A stretch of DNA of 64,000 bases from Eubacteriales bacterium (lineage in GTDB: Bacteria; Bacillota; Clostridia; Oscillospirales; CAG-272): positions 628-64,627 of the forward strand of contig JAZTXP010000044.1 in assembly GCA_045636465.1 (NCBI GenBank), written 5' to 3'. The translations under genes were made by a program, and so were the position numbers. Of this stretch, positions 1-7,213 are shown in pieces (position 1 is the first letter of the stretch; each line of letters opens with the position of its first letter). Below the pieces are notes generated by a model. That model had not been told where the DNA came from. It saw only the letters and a list, made by a program, of their open reading frames with translations, and did no database searches.

Positions 1-81
1 AAAAATACCCCCTCAAAACGCCATTCCCATGGCTTATAGGTGAAGGCGCACCCGTCTTACACTTTTTCAGGAGGTACGAAG

Positions 82-396
82 ATGTTACCACTTAACGCAA
101 TTCGAGAAGATTTGAAGGAGATCCGCTACTACTACGCACGCAAGGAGATTTTCGATGCGGCTATCGGCGGTATCGGGCTTAACAAGGTTTTGGATACGGT
201 GAAAAAATATAACACCGCTGTTCAGAACGCACCGCCGAGGCTCTATGACCTTTATATCTGCCTGTACGTGAAGAACTACACGCAGGAGGGCTTGTCAATC
301 GAGCTTGGATATACCCCCGAATATATCCAGATGCAACACAAAAAGCTCCTGCTTTTCCTTCAATCTTACTTTAAGAGCGAGGACGAAAGAAAATGA
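82..396 (+). CDS. Small sigma-70 region-4-like HTH regulator (ArpU/RinA/DUF1492-like mobile-element transcription factor)
   Basis: AGGAGG lies 7 nt upstream of the ATG at 82, which I prefer over the GTG at 40. The C-terminal segment YTQEGLSIELGYTPEYIQMQHKKLL resembles the region-4 HTH of small phage/ICE sigma-like factors. Confidence 0.5.
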   Translation: MLPLNAIREDLKEIRYYYARKEIFDAAIGGIGLNKVLDTVKKYNTAVQNAPPRLYDLYICLYVKNYTQEGLSIELGYTPEYIQMQHKKLLLFLQSYFKSEDERK

Positions 397-638
397 AGCA
401 GACGCCGGATTTTATGCTAAACGCTACGAACGTTTACCGTACTCCCCACTTTATCGTCAGGCAAAGGCTATCTATCCTTTGCAGCGAGGAAGAAAACAAT
501 GCAGTTATAAGCCGAGATACATTCTATAAAAGAACACCGGCACGTAACGCAGAGTACGAGGAAATTTTCAAAAAGCGTGAGCAGATAGACGGAAAAAGGC
601 TTCCCTCGTCGGGCTACATTCGAGAGTACCGAGAGTAA
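393..638 (+). CDS. Hypothetical small protein, translationally coupled to the upstream regulator
   Basis: ATGA start/stop overlap with the previous ORF. No recognisable motif. Confidence 0.35.
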   Translation: MKQTPDFMLNATNVYRTPHFIVRQRLSILCSEEENNAVISRDTFYKRTPARNAEYEEIFKKREQIDGKRLPSSGYIREYRE

Positions 639-664
639 AAAGACGGGTGCGGCTTCAAAAAACA

Positions 665-697
665 CTTTGGTTTCATTTGGGGTAAAGTTTGGGTAAA
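665..697 (-). repeat. Left iteron array: three tandem 11-bp units (ctttggtttca, tttggggtaaa, gtttgggtaaa), inverted relative to the array at 10700-10732
   Basis: Read directly from the sequence. The reverse complement of 676-697 (tttacccaaactttaccccaaa) matches 10700-10721 with one mismatch. The period is 11 bp. Confidence 0.75.
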
Positions 698-818
698 CAG
701 ATAGATTCTGCAAGTTTAGTTTTGATTACGTTGGGATAGAGTTTCTGGTTTTTGCCCGACAAATACCCTACAATGAAAGCGTAACCGACAGCTACCGATT
801 TACGATTATGGCGCTTGG

Positions 819-844
819 AGCTTGCAAGCTAAGGTGGCCACCTT
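819..844. promoter_or_regulatory. Two adjacent perfect palindromes: agcttgcaagct (819-830) and aaggtggccacctt (831-844). Candidate operator or ssDNA hairpin element.
   Basis: Both palindromes were checked base by base. They lie in the 300-nt non-coding leader upstream of the first gene of the module. Confidence 0.5.
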
Positions 845-952
845 CCATAGCACAATCGCCGGGAACAGAGTTTCAAGGAGCGTTCAGGTTACGAAAACAA
901 CTGAATAGCCTACGGGCAAACAAAATCTACAAATCACAGGAGGATTTTTTAA

Positions 953-1236
953 TGGCTAAAAAGGCAGCCACCGCCGAGGGCGGAAACAAGTACAATCAGC
1001 GCAGATGGGCGATCCCCTCTAAGCGTGCAAAGAACTATGCTGCTGAGCGTAAAGCAAAGGTGCATCAGCGAGGTCCCAAAGAAGGTCGTGAATTAACTGA
1101 TTACGAGGCAGGTATCCGTTCCGGCTACTTGCAGGCACAGACCGACCACGCCGGACTGTATAAGTACAAAAAGGCAATTTCCGAGGGTAAATCCAAGGCA
1201 GAGGCACGTGAAATTTCACAAAGAAAATCAAAATAA
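953..1236 (+). CDS. Small lysine/arginine-rich protein (94 aa), possibly nucleic-acid binding
   Basis: AGGAGG lies 8 nt upstream of the ATG at 953. The longer ORF from 808 has no RBS and crosses the palindromes. The composition is very basic. Confidence 0.55.
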
Positions 1237-1259
1237 TCTAATAGGAGGTATCAAATTTA

Positions 1260-1628
1260 ATGTCTAAAGAAAAGAAGATTTTTGTAGAAAGAGAAACCTA
1301 CACAAAGAACGAAAAGGAGTATTTCACCTATTTTATCAAAGGTAACATCCGTGGCAGAGACGTAAGGATCGCAATTATGCCCCCTGCAGACGGAGCAAAG
1401 GCTGACTTCAACGGCTATATGGTTCTTGATATCGTATTCGGTAATCAGATGAAGGCTGACTTCGTTCTTGAGCCCTTCGAGTTCAAGGATGCCAGCGGCA
1501 GAACTGTATCCGGCAATAAGACGCTCGTCCGTACTGTAGATGAAAACGGCGAAGTTTACGAGTGCGAAATTAAGCCTGCTCGTAAGTCTGACAAAACACT
1601 ACTCAATATGCTTTTGGCACAAGCGTAA
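1260..1628 (+). CDS. Hypothetical soluble 122-aa protein (speculative candidate for an ssDNA-binding or structural role)
   Basis: AGGAGG RBS, no TM segment, and a strong hairpin follows it. The function was not recognised. Confidence 0.55.
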   Translation: MSKEKKIFVERETYTKNEKEYFTYFIKGNIRGRDVRIAIMPPADGAKADFNGYMVLDIVFGNQMKADFVLEPFEFKDASGRTVSGNKTLVRTVDENGEVYECEIKPARKSDKTLLNMLLAQA

Positions 1629-1644
1629 AGCATAATCACACAAC

Positions 1645-1680
1645 ACTTCGGCTTATGAATAGCATTTTATAAGCCGAAGT
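1645..1680. other. Perfect 12-bp stem (acttcggcttat / ataagccgaagt) with a 12-nt loop and no U-tract
   Basis: Read directly. An A-run rather than a T-run follows it on the plus strand, so it is not a canonical intrinsic terminator. Confidence 0.6.
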
Positions 1681-1724
1681 TAAAAAAACAACAATTTTAC
1701 AAACAAGGAGGATTTTTTAATCAA

Positions 1725-3134
1725 ATGAGCAAAGGAAGTATTATAGCAATTATTGCATCGGTACTTTTGGTTATTCTTCTCGTAGGCGGTCTTGCCACTT
1801 GGTTCGGTAACGGTGAAAATCCCTTCGAGGATATCTTCACTCCCGATGATCCCGTGGACGAGCCCATCGTATTCCCCGAGACAGAGTATAATCCCACGTT
1901 CGGTACTAACTTTAAGGAAGATTTTCCTATCGCTAATCTCACACTTAGAGATAATATGCAGGTAGCACCTTACGCATATGTGGATACCACTCTCTTCGCA
2001 GGTAAGAAGATTACCAAGATTGATGCACCCGTAGGTACAGTAAAGGCTGTTGACGAGAATCAGTATTTTACCCTCTGGGTAGTAAAGTCCGAAGCGGTTA
2101 AGGTAGGCGGTGATGTAACAGATTATGCGTACCGTCAGTATAAGATCTATCTTCCCAAGGAAGAGCTTACAGGCACTACCGTTAATAAGTGGATCACTAT
2201 TGACGTTTCCCACCTTAATATCTATGTAGACGAGGATGAAACTCTTGCATTTATGAAGTCTGACGACCCCGTTATCTGTTGCTATGCACAGGGTAAGCTT
2301 AACGATTTCGTTTATGACCTTGCCAATACCGGTAAGATTCAGGCATCTCAGAGCATCTACTACGGTATCTATACCGATGATTACGTAGATCTTGAGGGCA
2401 AGAAGCTCTCCATTCTCGGAGATAGCATTTCTACCTATTCAGGTGTAAGCAATAATGCTACAAGCACAAACAACACTATCGGCTCCAATGCCGTGTATTA
2501 CCCCAAAGCAGATATTAATGCTGCTGATGAAACATGGTGGAAGCAGACCGCAGATTATACGAATATGGACGTACTCGTAAACAACTCTTGGTCCGGTTCC
2601 CGTGTTCTTAATAACAACGGCGCTGCATATATCGACAGATGTGTTCAGCTCCACGATAACACCGGTGAAAATTCCGGTACAAATCCCGATGTAATTGCAG
2701 TTTACATTGGTATTAATGATTTCAACGCAGGTCTTAACTGTGGAGAGTTTAACGAGCTTGCAGACGTATATACCGAAGAAAACGGATATATCACACCTAC
2801 AAGCTTTGCAGAGGCTTATGCAATTATGATCCATAAGATGACCGAGAGATATGCAGATTCCAAGATCTTCATTTTCACTCTCCCTGCAAACGGTACGAAT
2901 AAGTACACAGCTCTTCTCGACGAGTATAATACAGAAATCAGAAAGATAGCAGAATACTTCGATTGTTATCTCGTAGATATCGCTGCTATCGAAGGCTATG
3001 AGTATGCTAAGTACACTAATGACGGTCTCCACCCCAATGAAGCAGGTATGGACCTCATTACAGATCACTTTGCAAGAATGCTCAAGGCTGTTTACGCAAA
3101 AGAGGCAGATAATGCCGACAACACAAACAAATAA
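1725..3134 (+). CDS. Membrane-anchored SGNH/GDSL-family hydrolase (esterase/deacetylase type)
   Basis: N-terminal TM segment IIAIIASVLLVILLVGGLATWF. SGNH blocks in order: LGDSIS (I), NNSWSGS (II), IGINDF (III), DGLHPN (V). Confidence 0.75.
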   Translation: MSKGSIIAIIASVLLVILLVGGLATWFGNGENPFEDIFTPDDPVDEPIVFPETEYNPTFGTNFKEDFPIANLTLRDNMQVAPYAYVDTTLFAGKKITKIDAPVGTVKAVDENQYFTLWVVKSEAVKVGGDVTDYAYRQYKIYLPKEELTGTTVNKWITIDVSHLNIYVDEDETLAFMKSDDPVICCYAQGKLNDFVYDLANTGKIQASQSIYYGIYTDDYVDLEGKKLSILGDSISTYSGVSNNATSTNNTIGSNAVYYPKADINAADETWWKQTADYTNMDVLVNNSWSGSRVLNNNGAAYIDRCVQLHDNTGENSGTNPDVIAVYIGINDFNAGLNCGEFNELADVYTEENGYITPTSFAEAYAIMIHKMTERYADSKIFIFTLPANGTNKYTALLDEYNTEIRKIAEYFDCYLVDIAAIEGYEYAKYTNDGLHPNEAGMDLITDHFARMLKAVYAKEADNADNTNK

Positions 3135-3158
3135 TTTTTATAAAGGAGGTACTCATGT

Positions 3159-3401
3159 ATGAGTAAAATCAGCTTAAAAAAGAATTCAGGTCCGAGACAG
3201 ATGTCTCGTAGAAAGTCCGATCTCATGGATGCTTATGATATCGGCTTTGCAAAGGGTTGGGACGATGCGTATCTCATCCCCAAGCGTATGGGTGCTCGCT
3301 CTAAGGCGGCAGAAGGCTACAAGAAGGGTATCAAGTCCCGTAGAATTGTAGACAAGTACATGGCTCAGTACAATCAGGGCAAATCCAAAATCAAGATGTA
3401 A
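3159..3401 (+). CDS. Small basic protein (80 aa) sharing a D-x-Y-x-x-G-x-x-x-G-[YW]-like motif with the 953-1236 product
   Basis: AGGAGG lies 9 nt upstream. Rich in K and R. Motif similarity: LMDAYDIGFAKGW versus LTDYEAGIRSGY. Confidence 0.55.
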   Translation: MSKISLKKNSGPRQMSRRKSDLMDAYDIGFAKGWDDAYLIPKRMGARSKAAEGYKKGIKSRRIVDKYMAQYNQGKSKIKM

Positions 3402-3423
3402 TTAAAAGGAGGTATCAAAACTA

Positions 3424-4482
3424 ATGATTAAACTTAACGAAAACCAGAGATTTATAGCACTTGCCGTAGCTGTGGTACTCCTCTTTGCAGGAGTATTCGC
3501 TTCGGTGGCTATGGATATCGCACAGACACAGGCTATCAATAACCTTGAAAAGGCACATTATGACCTTGACGACGTAACCGGTATGCTTAAGGCGGAGGAT
3601 TTCGAAACAGAAGTTCAGGCAGAGGCTATGTCCCGTGTAAAGATCAAGGCATCCACTCCTCGCCTTATGTCTAACCCCGATGCAGGTGTAGCAACCGTAG
3701 CTGAAACCTACGTAGCTCAGGAGCTTACTGCTACCATTTTCCCCAATACTGCAAGTAACATTCTTGTGGATTGGTCTGTAGCTTGGGAATCTACTTCTCA
3801 GACTGCGGATATCAATCAGTATATCACTCTCAATCCCACCTATGCAGGCTCTCGTGTATGCGAGGTAAGATGTCATAAGGCTCTTCCCGGCAACGCAGTA
3901 ATTACCGTAACCACAAGAGATGGCGGTCATACCGCTAAGTGTACTGTTAAGTTCGTAGGTATTCCTACCACTATGACAGTAACTAACTCTACTCTTGACA
4001 AAGATACCAGCGGTAATTACAAGGTTCCTATGTTCAAGCGTCAGACCTACAACTTCGATATTAACCTCGGTAATATCTTTAATTCTGTAGGTACAACTTA
4101 CAAGAACTATTCCGTAGTTTCCGTAACACCTTTCGGTAACATTATGGCAGGTTCTCAGTGTGATTACGGTGACGGTACAATAGATTGGTCCAGCGTAGTT
4201 AAGACCCCTCTTACTACCTATAAGAGCGACTTTACTGCAACTATTACCGGTTCTACTCTTAAGGTAAATATCCCTAACGTTAGCGGTCTTTACACTAACT
4301 ACAGCGAAACCTCTTCCGAGACAATGTATGACGATTACTTCTACAGTGCTATCGAGGGTGAGACCTGCGGCGTAACTGTTGTTGTAAAGAACACTTCCGG
4401 CCTTACTGCTACTGTAAAGATCGTCTTTGACTCTGATGCGGTTGTAAGTGTAAGCCTTGACGAGTCCAGCCTTACTTTCTAA
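3424..4482 (+). CDS. Membrane-anchored protein with a bacterial Ig-like (Big_2-type) domain
   Basis: N-terminal TM segment FIALAVAVVLLFAGVFASVAM. The segment LTATIFPNTASNILVDWSVAW...AVITVTTRDGGHTAKCTVKF follows the Big_2 pattern. Confidence 0.6.
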   Translation: MIKLNENQRFIALAVAVVLLFAGVFASVAMDIAQTQAINNLEKAHYDLDDVTGMLKAEDFETEVQAEAMSRVKIKASTPRLMSNPDAGVATVAETYVAQELTATIFPNTASNILVDWSVAWESTSQTADINQYITLNPTYAGSRVCEVRCHKALPGNAVITVTTRDGGHTAKCTVKFVGIPTTMTVTNSTLDKDTSGNYKVPMFKRQTYNFDINLGNIFNSVGTTYKNYSVVSVTPFGNIMAGSQCDYGDGTIDWSSVVKTPLTTYKSDFTATITGSTLKVNIPNVSGLYTNYSETSSETMYDDYFYSAIEGETCGVTVVVKNTSGLTATVKIVFDSDAVVSVSLDESSLTF

Positions 4483-4501
4483 TTAAGGAGGGGAGCAAGA
4501 A

Positions 4502-5071
4502 ATGAGTAGTAACGCAAAAACAATTATTGTCGCTATCATTTCTTTGCTTCTGCTCGTAGGCGCACTTGGACTCATAATTCACTTCACCGGGGGTGGTACC
4601 CACGACTTTGCCACGTTCTACCTTACTTATGGTGATCAGACAATAATGGATACCACTTCCGGCTTTGTTCTTAATCAGTACGAGGGCAATAGGTTTGACG
4701 TACACTATACCTTCGACGAGAGCAAGAAGAACGCTTACGACGTAGAAATTAAAGGAAATGATAAATACTCCTTTACCTATACCGTAGATGGTGAGGAATA
4801 CGAGTTTAACGGCGACACAGACTACACAGGATTCTTTGACGTAGTAGAATACGAAGACTATTTCACAGTAAATGGCTTGTATTCAATCAAGACTATACTT
4901 GTTGAAAGACATAATGGAGCTGAGGTAGAAATACCCGAGAGTGTCCCGGAGCACGCAGAGTTCTTCATTATGACGGTTAAATCAACAACTCAGGATTCCA
5001 AGATCACAATCTATCTGAAGACTGCTCCGATCCTTGACGAGATAGTTCTTCCCGAAGAGATCCTGTTCTAA
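4502..5071 (+). CDS. Single-pass membrane protein, unknown function
   Basis: GGAGG RBS. N-terminal TM segment TIIVAIISLLLLVGALGLIIHF. Confidence 0.55.
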   Translation: MSSNAKTIIVAIISLLLLVGALGLIIHFTGGGTHDFATFYLTYGDQTIMDTTSGFVLNQYEGNRFDVHYTFDESKKNAYDVEIKGNDKYSFTYTVDGEEYEFNGDTDYTGFFDVVEYEDYFTVNGLYSIKTILVERHNGAEVEIPESVPEHAEFFIMTVKSTTQDSKITIYLKTAPILDEIVLPEEILF

Positions 5072-5084
5072 GGGGGAGATGCAT

Positions 5085-7088
5085 ATGAGAACAGTAATAA
5101 CAAAAGCTTTATCGCTTCTCTCAATCGTATGCATCTTATTCTCTCTATTCACGTTAGGCGTTAGTGCCGAAACGGTAAAAAAAGAGGTCGTTACGGACTT
5201 TAGCAAAACTAACGTTCTTGACGACCTCGAGTCCTCAACTGTTAACGGTCAGTTATTTGATATAACAGATTATCCGTATTCAGAGCAGTTGGATATTAAG
5301 CTCATAACTATGGTTGAATATTGCTACTCCTTTGAGTCGGATAATCTCGACCATTACGGTCTATATCTTTACATCTACAATCCAAGAAACCTTACTATTG
5401 ATACAAGCAGCGGTGCTAATAAAATACAAATGGCAACTGCTTACGATAGCAAGGGTGTACCTACAAGGTATGATAAGTTCAATCTTCAATTCTGTAACAC
5501 CGTTGAGTCCGGCAACTACAAAAACCTTTTCTATAAGTTCAAAATAGTTGAAAAGGAGATCAACGGCACTACCTTTTACGATAGAGTTAATTCTAACGGC
5601 AGAAGGTACGATATCACAGGTATTGAGCTTAAGACTAAAGGTGCTACGAACGCTACCGAGTATTTTGTAGGCGGTACGTATATCTTCTCGGGATATGCTA
5701 AAGGCTTCGGTCCTGACAAAGAGGCAGAGTCCAATCTTACTTGTGTGGTAGAGGAGCTTGAAACCTTAAAGCTTTCGGTTCATCATACCAACTACAGAAC
5801 GGGCGTATCCGACAAAGGCGAGGACTACTACAACGAGGTAAACACCGTATATTTCTCAGTACCCGAAAGAGTATTCGAGCAATACGGCAACTTGCAGAAG
5901 ATCCGCGCCGAATGGTGGGAGTACAAGACTAAGATGGCTACTGTCACTTCAAACCAAGACTTCTATAATCAGCTTTTACAGTATGTAGGAACTGACGTAG
6001 GACAGTATAGTTCAAGCGTACCCGTCAAAATCTATTCGGGTTATGACGGAAGAGCATCCACAGGACCGGGCATTCCAACGTATCACGATTATCATTGGGT
6101 GTATAACGTAAATCTTGACACACAATATACATCCTTCGGTTCTATCTTTTCTGTTAGTAGTACAGATAAGCAATCAACAATTATGCCTTATGCTTTCTAT
6201 GCACCTGTTACAGACGTGGGTGGAGTCTTTGACTTTCTATCCTCAGATCCGGTTGCAGGTAGTGTATCAAGCAGCGTAGTTAGAGATTGGATATATAACT
6301 ATTCAAATAGTTTAGGACACGGCTACGTTGATTGCAACGGCAGACAGTTAAGCAAGGACTTGTTCGAGGATAGTGTTGACTCCGGTAGAACTATGGGCTA
6401 CAACGATAAGACCATAGACATGGGGGACACCTTCGATTTACTTAGCTATGACAGTAATCACTCTTGGTGGGAAAAACTATGGGACTATGGATTTTCGTGG
6501 CCCACAACAGACGAACAACACAAGGGAGTAATGCCTATCCATATTCTTGAAGCAGGAGACCTTATTGGCACTAATGCTACCATTTCGCAAAGGCTATTGG
6601 TTAAAGAGGACGACGTGGCGGCATTGAAGGAGTTTTACAAAACCGAAACAGCCAACGGTAATAGGGTTGTAATATTCCGTTTTGCAAGCACCGAGTATTA
6701 TTGCGCCCCGGCATTCACTTCGGCAGGCAGTAATATGGTAAGCTGCGATACATACGTAGCACAGCAGACGGTATTCTTCGACTTTGACATCATAGAGCTT
6801 ACCTTCAACAATGACGGTGCATACAGAGTTATTCCCGTTGTTTCAAGCCCTATAGATATAGTCAATGAATTCCAGCCACCGCCCGAGGAAGAACTTTTCG
6901 GCAACACCTCAGCCTTTTGGATGATAATTATAGCCATCATTATGCTTGTAATTATTATCATCATAGGACAGCCGGCACTTAACCTTCTTGTAGAACTTCT
7001 TATATGGATAGTGATGCTACCCATAAGGCTTATACAAGCCATAATTGACCTAATAACAGGAGGTGGGGATATCCCACCTGACGTATAG
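5085..7088 (+). CDS. Large secreted protein with a C-terminal membrane anchor (candidate adsorption / receptor-binding protein)
   Basis: Signal-peptide-like N-terminus ending GVSA/ET. The C-terminal 60 aa are strongly hydrophobic (FWMIIIAIIMLVIIIIIG...LLIWIVMLPI). I prefer the second ATG (5085) because of its spacing to GGGGGAG. Confidence 0.6.
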   Translation: MRTVITKALSLLSIVCILFSLFTLGVSAETVKKEVVTDFSKTNVLDDLESSTVNGQLFDITDYPYSEQLDIKLITMVEYCYSFESDNLDHYGLYLYIYNPRNLTIDTSSGANKIQMATAYDSKGVPTRYDKFNLQFCNTVESGNYKNLFYKFKIVEKEINGTTFYDRVNSNGRRYDITGIELKTKGATNATEYFVGGTYIFSGYAKGFGPDKEAESNLTCVVEELETLKLSVHHTNYRTGVSDKGEDYYNEVNTVYFSVPERVFEQYGNLQKIRAEWWEYKTKMATVTSNQDFYNQLLQYVGTDVGQYSSSVPVKIYSGYDGRASTGPGIPTYHDYHWVYNVNLDTQYTSFGSIFSVSSTDKQSTIMPYAFYAPVTDVGGVFDFLSSDPVAGSVSSSVVRDWIYNYSNSLGHGYVDCNGRQLSKDLFEDSVDSGRTMGYNDKTIDMGDTFDLLSYDSNHSWWEKLWDYGFSWPTTDEQHKGVMPIHILEAGDLIGTNATISQRLLVKEDDVAALKEFYKTETANGNRVVIFRFASTEYYCAPAFTSAGSNMVSCDTYVAQQTVFFDFDIIELTFNNDGAYRVIPVVSSPIDIVNEFQPPPEEELFGNTSAFWMIIIAIIMLVIIIIIGQPALNLLVELLIWIVMLPIRLIQAIIDLITGGGDIPPDV

Positions 7089-7098
7089 AGGAGGAAAA

Positions 7099-7194
7099 AT
7101 GAAAACGATTAAGAGAATTATTGCAGTATTTCTCCTATTCGTGCTTCTCTGGGTGGTCGGTTATCTGATCTTTACAGGTAACCGATTACCTTAA
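7099..7194 (+). CDS. 31-aa single-TM peptide (MKTIKRIIAVFLLFVLLWVVGYLIFTGNRLP), candidate minor or major coat-like peptide
   Basis: Not in the ORF track because it is under 60 aa. GAGGAGG lies 5 nt upstream. It fills the gap between two genes exactly. Confidence 0.45.
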   Translation: MKTIKRIIAVFLLFVLLWVVGYLIFTGNRLP

Positions 7195-7213
7195 AGCAGA
7201 GAGGAGGAATGTT

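Noticed and set aside
725-742. 9-bp direct match attacgttg (near 727 and 10784) as a possible att core or target-site duplication
   Set aside because: A match this short is expected by chance between two regions of about 300 bp. The flanks next to the iteron arrays show no convincing duplication.
808-952. N-terminal extension of ORF 808-1236 (142 aa in the ORF track)
   Set aside because: There is no RBS before the ATG at 808, and the extension runs through two perfect palindromes. A consensus AGGAGG sits in front of the internal ATG at 953.
1680-2213. 177-aa minus-strand ORF, plus similar antisense ORFs (2439-3068, 3421-3930, 6698-7042, 8486-8824)
   Set aside because: These are shadow ORFs that lie wholly inside well-supported plus-strand genes. 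They have no RBS and their composition is Cys- and Ile-rich and codon-atypical.
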